Part shown: in pieces, positions 61,123-64,000 of the stretch | How the letters are laid out: each line of letters starts with the position of its first letter | Numbering within the stretch: position 1 is the stretch's first letter | NCBI GenBank assembly: GCA_965238275.1 | Contig: OZ250186.1 | Location: 512,001-576,000 of the forward strand | Reading direction: 5' to 3' | From: Nitrosopumilus sp. | GTDB taxonomy: Archaea; Thermoproteota; Nitrososphaeria; Nitrososphaerales; Nitrosopumilaceae | DNA: 64,000 nucleotides | Notes under the pieces: generated by a model | Seen by the model: the letters and a program-made list of their open reading frames with translations, nothing else | Database searches by the model: none | What the model was told of the DNA's origin: nothing | Program-made: the position numbers and the translations under genes

Positions 61123-61464
61123 ATGGTTGAATCAGAAGACGGGCTGGATAGGGTATTCGGGCTGCAGAAGGGTTTGGCAGACATGATGAATCTGGACAGG
61201 TACCCGTCAGATACGGAGGGACGGGTATCGGCCCTGTGTACTGCCATTATTCATGAGGCAGTCGAGCTGCAGAGAACCACCAACTGGAAGTGGTGGAAGA
61301 CGCCTACGAGGTTCAATAAACAGGAGGCAAGGGAGGAGCTGATTGACATATGGCATTTTGTAATCCAGGCCTCAATCGAGCTTGATCTGACTCCCGAGGA
61401 CATAATACGGGAGTACAAGAGAAAGAATGACATCAACAGGCAGAGGCAGAAGGACGGATACTAG
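61123..61464 (+). CDS. Dimeric dUTPase-family (all-alpha NTP-PPase) protein
   Basis: E..EL..WKWWK; EELIDIWHF; Y..KN..N..RQ..GY. Confidence 0.88.
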   Translation: MVESEDGLDRVFGLQKGLADMMNLDRYPSDTEGRVSALCTAIIHEAVELQRTTNWKWWKTPTRFNKQEAREELIDIWHFVIQASIELDLTPEDIIREYKRKNDINRQRQKDGY

Positions 61465-61937
61465 AGTCCTTTAATCTCCTCACGGATCTGTTCCAGATCT
61501 GTCTGGCCGGTCATGTCCACAATGGTCACATCCTTTTGAAAATGCTCTATCATGTGTTTGGGGACGGTAATGTATGGGTCGGGGCTTGTCGAGCCGACTA
61601 TCCTGCCGTTCCTGTCGGTGCCGTTGCTGTGCAGTCCAGACAGCGAGTGTCCGGCCCTGTGTCCCCAGACGTCCCTGCCGCATACCAGAAGGACGGTTAT
61701 GCGGGGGTTGCCGTCCAGGTACCTGAGGATGGAATCTAGACCCTTGTTCTCGGAGAGAAGTCTTCCGGCCATCGAGATGCTATTCATCATATCAGAACGG
61801 GCCAGGGCCTTGAGCAGGTTCATGCTTGACAGGGTGCAGACTGCCAGCCCAGAGTCCGGATTTCCCTGGAATGATTCTTCGGGGATGGGCAGGACGATCT
61901 TGCAGATCCTGCCAATTGCCTCACCCAGTGCGTTCAT
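61461..61937 (-). CDS. MtrA-like (cobamide-binding) protein
   Basis: AVCTLSS, ENKGLD, N.RI..LLVCG..V.GH.AG, GSTSPDPY. Confidence 0.85.
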   Translation of the reverse strand: MNALGEAIGRICKIVLPIPEESFQGNPDSGLAVCTLSSMNLLKALARSDMMNSISMAGRLLSENKGLDSILRYLDGNPRITVLLVCGRDVWGHRAGHSLSGLHSNGTDRNGRIVGSTSPDPYITVPKHMIEHFQKDVTIVDMTGQTDLEQIREEIKGL

Positions 61938-63528
61938 AGTGCCTCACGCAGGGTCTCTGCAATAAATCTGATGTCCCTTGTGGTGACCTGCGGATGAACC
62001 GGCAGGGAAAGCACGCGTGATGCGGCCCTCTCCGTGTTGGGAAGACGGACATCAGACCTGTACAGTGGGGTTCTGTGGACAGGTGTGGGATAGTATGATG
62101 CAGCGCCGATCCCTGCGTCGTTGAGTCTCCTCAGAAGCTGGTTGCGCCCACGGACGGCGATGGTATACAGGTACCAGTTGACGTCCTGATCCTTTTGCTG
62201 GCAGGGAGGGGTGACTTTGAGATCAGATATCATGCCAGAGAGGAGTTTGGCATTGCGCCTTCTTGACTTTAGGAATCCGGGCAGCCTTTTCATCTGGACT
62301 GTCGCAATCGCAGCACTGATCTCAGGCAGGCGCATGTTCAGGCCGGGGATTCTGGTGTCGTATCCGCGGACCATTCCGTGGTTTCTAATCATAAGCAGCC
62401 GGTCCCGGAGCCTCCTGCTGCCAGTTACGACAAAACCTCCCTCTCCGGAAGTCATCACCTTTGCAGGATACATGCTGTAGCATCCCATCTCAAAGAAGGT
62501 GCCTGCATGCCTCCCCTTGTAGGTGGAGCCCAGGGCCTGTGCCGAGTCCTCTATGACGGGGATGCAGTACCTGGCAGATATCTCCGAGAGTCCCTCCACA
62601 TCTGCCACATGCCCGTAGAGGTGGACGGGGATGATGGCGCGGGTCTTTTTGGTGATCTTTGCCCGGAGATCCTCCACATCCACAGTATACTCCCCATTTG
62701 CAATATCCACAAAGACCGGCGTCGCGCCGGTGGAGGCTCCGCGAACCCAGTGAGCAAATCAGAGATATCGCTCCTACGCAGGGACGTAGTGACGGAGTTC
62801 GAGAAGTTTAAGAAAACGATGTACAAGACAAATGCCGAACTCACCAAGAAGGTGACGCTGCTCGAGGAAAACGACCGCCTGACCCTGGAGAACAGGATAC
62901 CGCAGGAGGGCAAATACGAGAACCCCAAACCAGTACTTCGTCTCCTGGCCCCACATCAGAAGGCGAAGGCGCCGGAGACAAGACCCGCAAGGGACCGCCG
63001 GCAGGACACGCCGGCCAGTGCATGCCGTCCATTGTGGAGTGCCGCCTGCAGGGCCGCAGTGCCGGAGTTGACTGCGACTGCATATCTTGATCCCGTGAAG
63101 GATGCAGCTGCCTTCTCAAAATCCTGAACGTGTGTACCTCCCTCCCTTGCAGACGATGTAAGGGCGCCGCTCCTGAGCACGGAGACGGCAGCGGAGATCT
63201 CCTTTTTGCCTATCATGGGGGTGTTGATCAAGCCACCCGAACAATATCAGAAGGTTTCTGTACCCGCAGTGGCAGCGTGCAGTACTTCGTCTCCTGGCCC
63301 CACATCCAGTGCATGGAGTGCCGCCTGCAGGGCCGCAGTGCCGGAGTTGACTGCGACTGCATATCTTGATCCCGTGAAGGATGCAGCTGCCTTCTCAAAA
63401 TCCTGAACGTGTGTACCTCCCTCCCTTGCAGACGATGTAAGGGCGCCGCTCCTGAGCACGGAGACGGCAGCGGAGATCTCCTTTTTGCCTATCATGGGGG
63501 TGTTGATTGCAATTCTCAACGGTGTCAT
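61934..63528 (-). pseudogene. DegT/DnrJ/EryC1/StrS sugar aminotransferase, interrupted and 5'-duplicated
   Basis: NSGTAAL, VGPGDEV, PVHLYG, IEDSAQA, SMYPAK.MTSGEGG; 62740-63280 contains duplicates and foreign sequence; may be an assembly artefact. Confidence 0.85.
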
Positions 63529-63715
63529 TTGTACGAGACAGTCTATTAAATCTGGAGTTGAACCCTTCGTATTACCTTGGACCGATTCAAGACGTTGGTG
63601 GGTGGGGACATCCTGCCATATTGCAGATGGTTTGCTGGCCGTGAACCGCTTTCAGGATGGCGTGCGTGAGTCCCCGCGGTATGAATTTTTATATTTCAAG
63701 GATGCCAGACGGCAT

Positions 63716-64000
63716 ATGAGGATACGTCATCTTGATGAGACAGATGCCGGGTACAGGGTGTACCTGTATGTGTTTTATGTCTGCGGGTTTGTCATGGCAT
63801 CCTCATTGGTCTTTGGGGTATACGTGACCATGATTGAGTGGATGGAGAACGGAACGTATGTCATGGGAGAGGCTATCCACAACACGACGATTCCGTTTGA
63901 AAATTTTGCAAGGGTTTCAACATGGATATTCTTTTCAACGGTGATTGGCTGGTACTGCGTGACCAGGATTGGCTGGAAGCGGACTGCTGGAAGCAAGATA
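63716..64000 (+). CDS. Membrane protein, partial (runs off window)
   Basis: Open frame MRIRHLDETD... with two hydrophobic segments. Confidence 0.65.
   Translation, partial: MRIRHLDETDAGYRVYLYVFYVCGFVMASSLVFGVYVTMIEWMENGTYVMGEAIHNTTIPFENFARVSTWIFFSTVIGWYCVTRIGWKRTAGSKI

Noticed and set aside
61461-61937. Evidence of methanogenesis
   Set aside because: Only a lone MtrA-like domain, in a thaumarchaeal gene context.
24714-63528. Diversity-generating retroelement or retron behind the duplications
   Set aside because: Duplicates are exact rather than adenine-specifically mutated, and no reverse transcriptase is in the window.

Overview
Archaeal DNA, most likely from an ammonia-oxidising Nitrosopumilaceae (Thaumarchaeota). 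Support: GatDE, the archaeal PoK/PPS CoA pathway, aCPSF1, PsmB, EgsA, SepF, an MtrA-like protein, PEFG- and CFI-box-CTERM proteins, and a tRNA with a D-loop intron. The relatively GC-rich core, TPR proteins and many IS remnants hint at a host-associated (e.g. sponge) lineage, but that is inference. Housekeeping blocks alternate with accessory DNA: (1) an AT-rich wHTH/Zn-ribbon cassette bounded by 30-bp direct repeats, next to a probable integrase remnant and a Fic gene; (2) an AT-rich two-gene operon; (3) a complete IS5-type element with TIRs and a 3-bp TSD; (4) a fused wHTH-nucleotidyltransferase; (5) an IS graveyard (IS481 | perfect 7x42-bp array | IS66 | IS5 mosaic); (6) an IS630 with a triplicated left end. 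The most striking recurring signal is several loci where a host-gene segment is locally duplicated and interrupted by, or interleaved with, foreign sequence. At the LEA-like and DegT loci the foreign sequence is IS-derived; at the NUDIX and aminotransferase loci its source is unidentified. This is either consensus-assembly blending of polymorphic IS-insertion alleles (more likely) or an undescribed templated-insertion/repair process. No database searches were run; all family calls come from recognised motifs.
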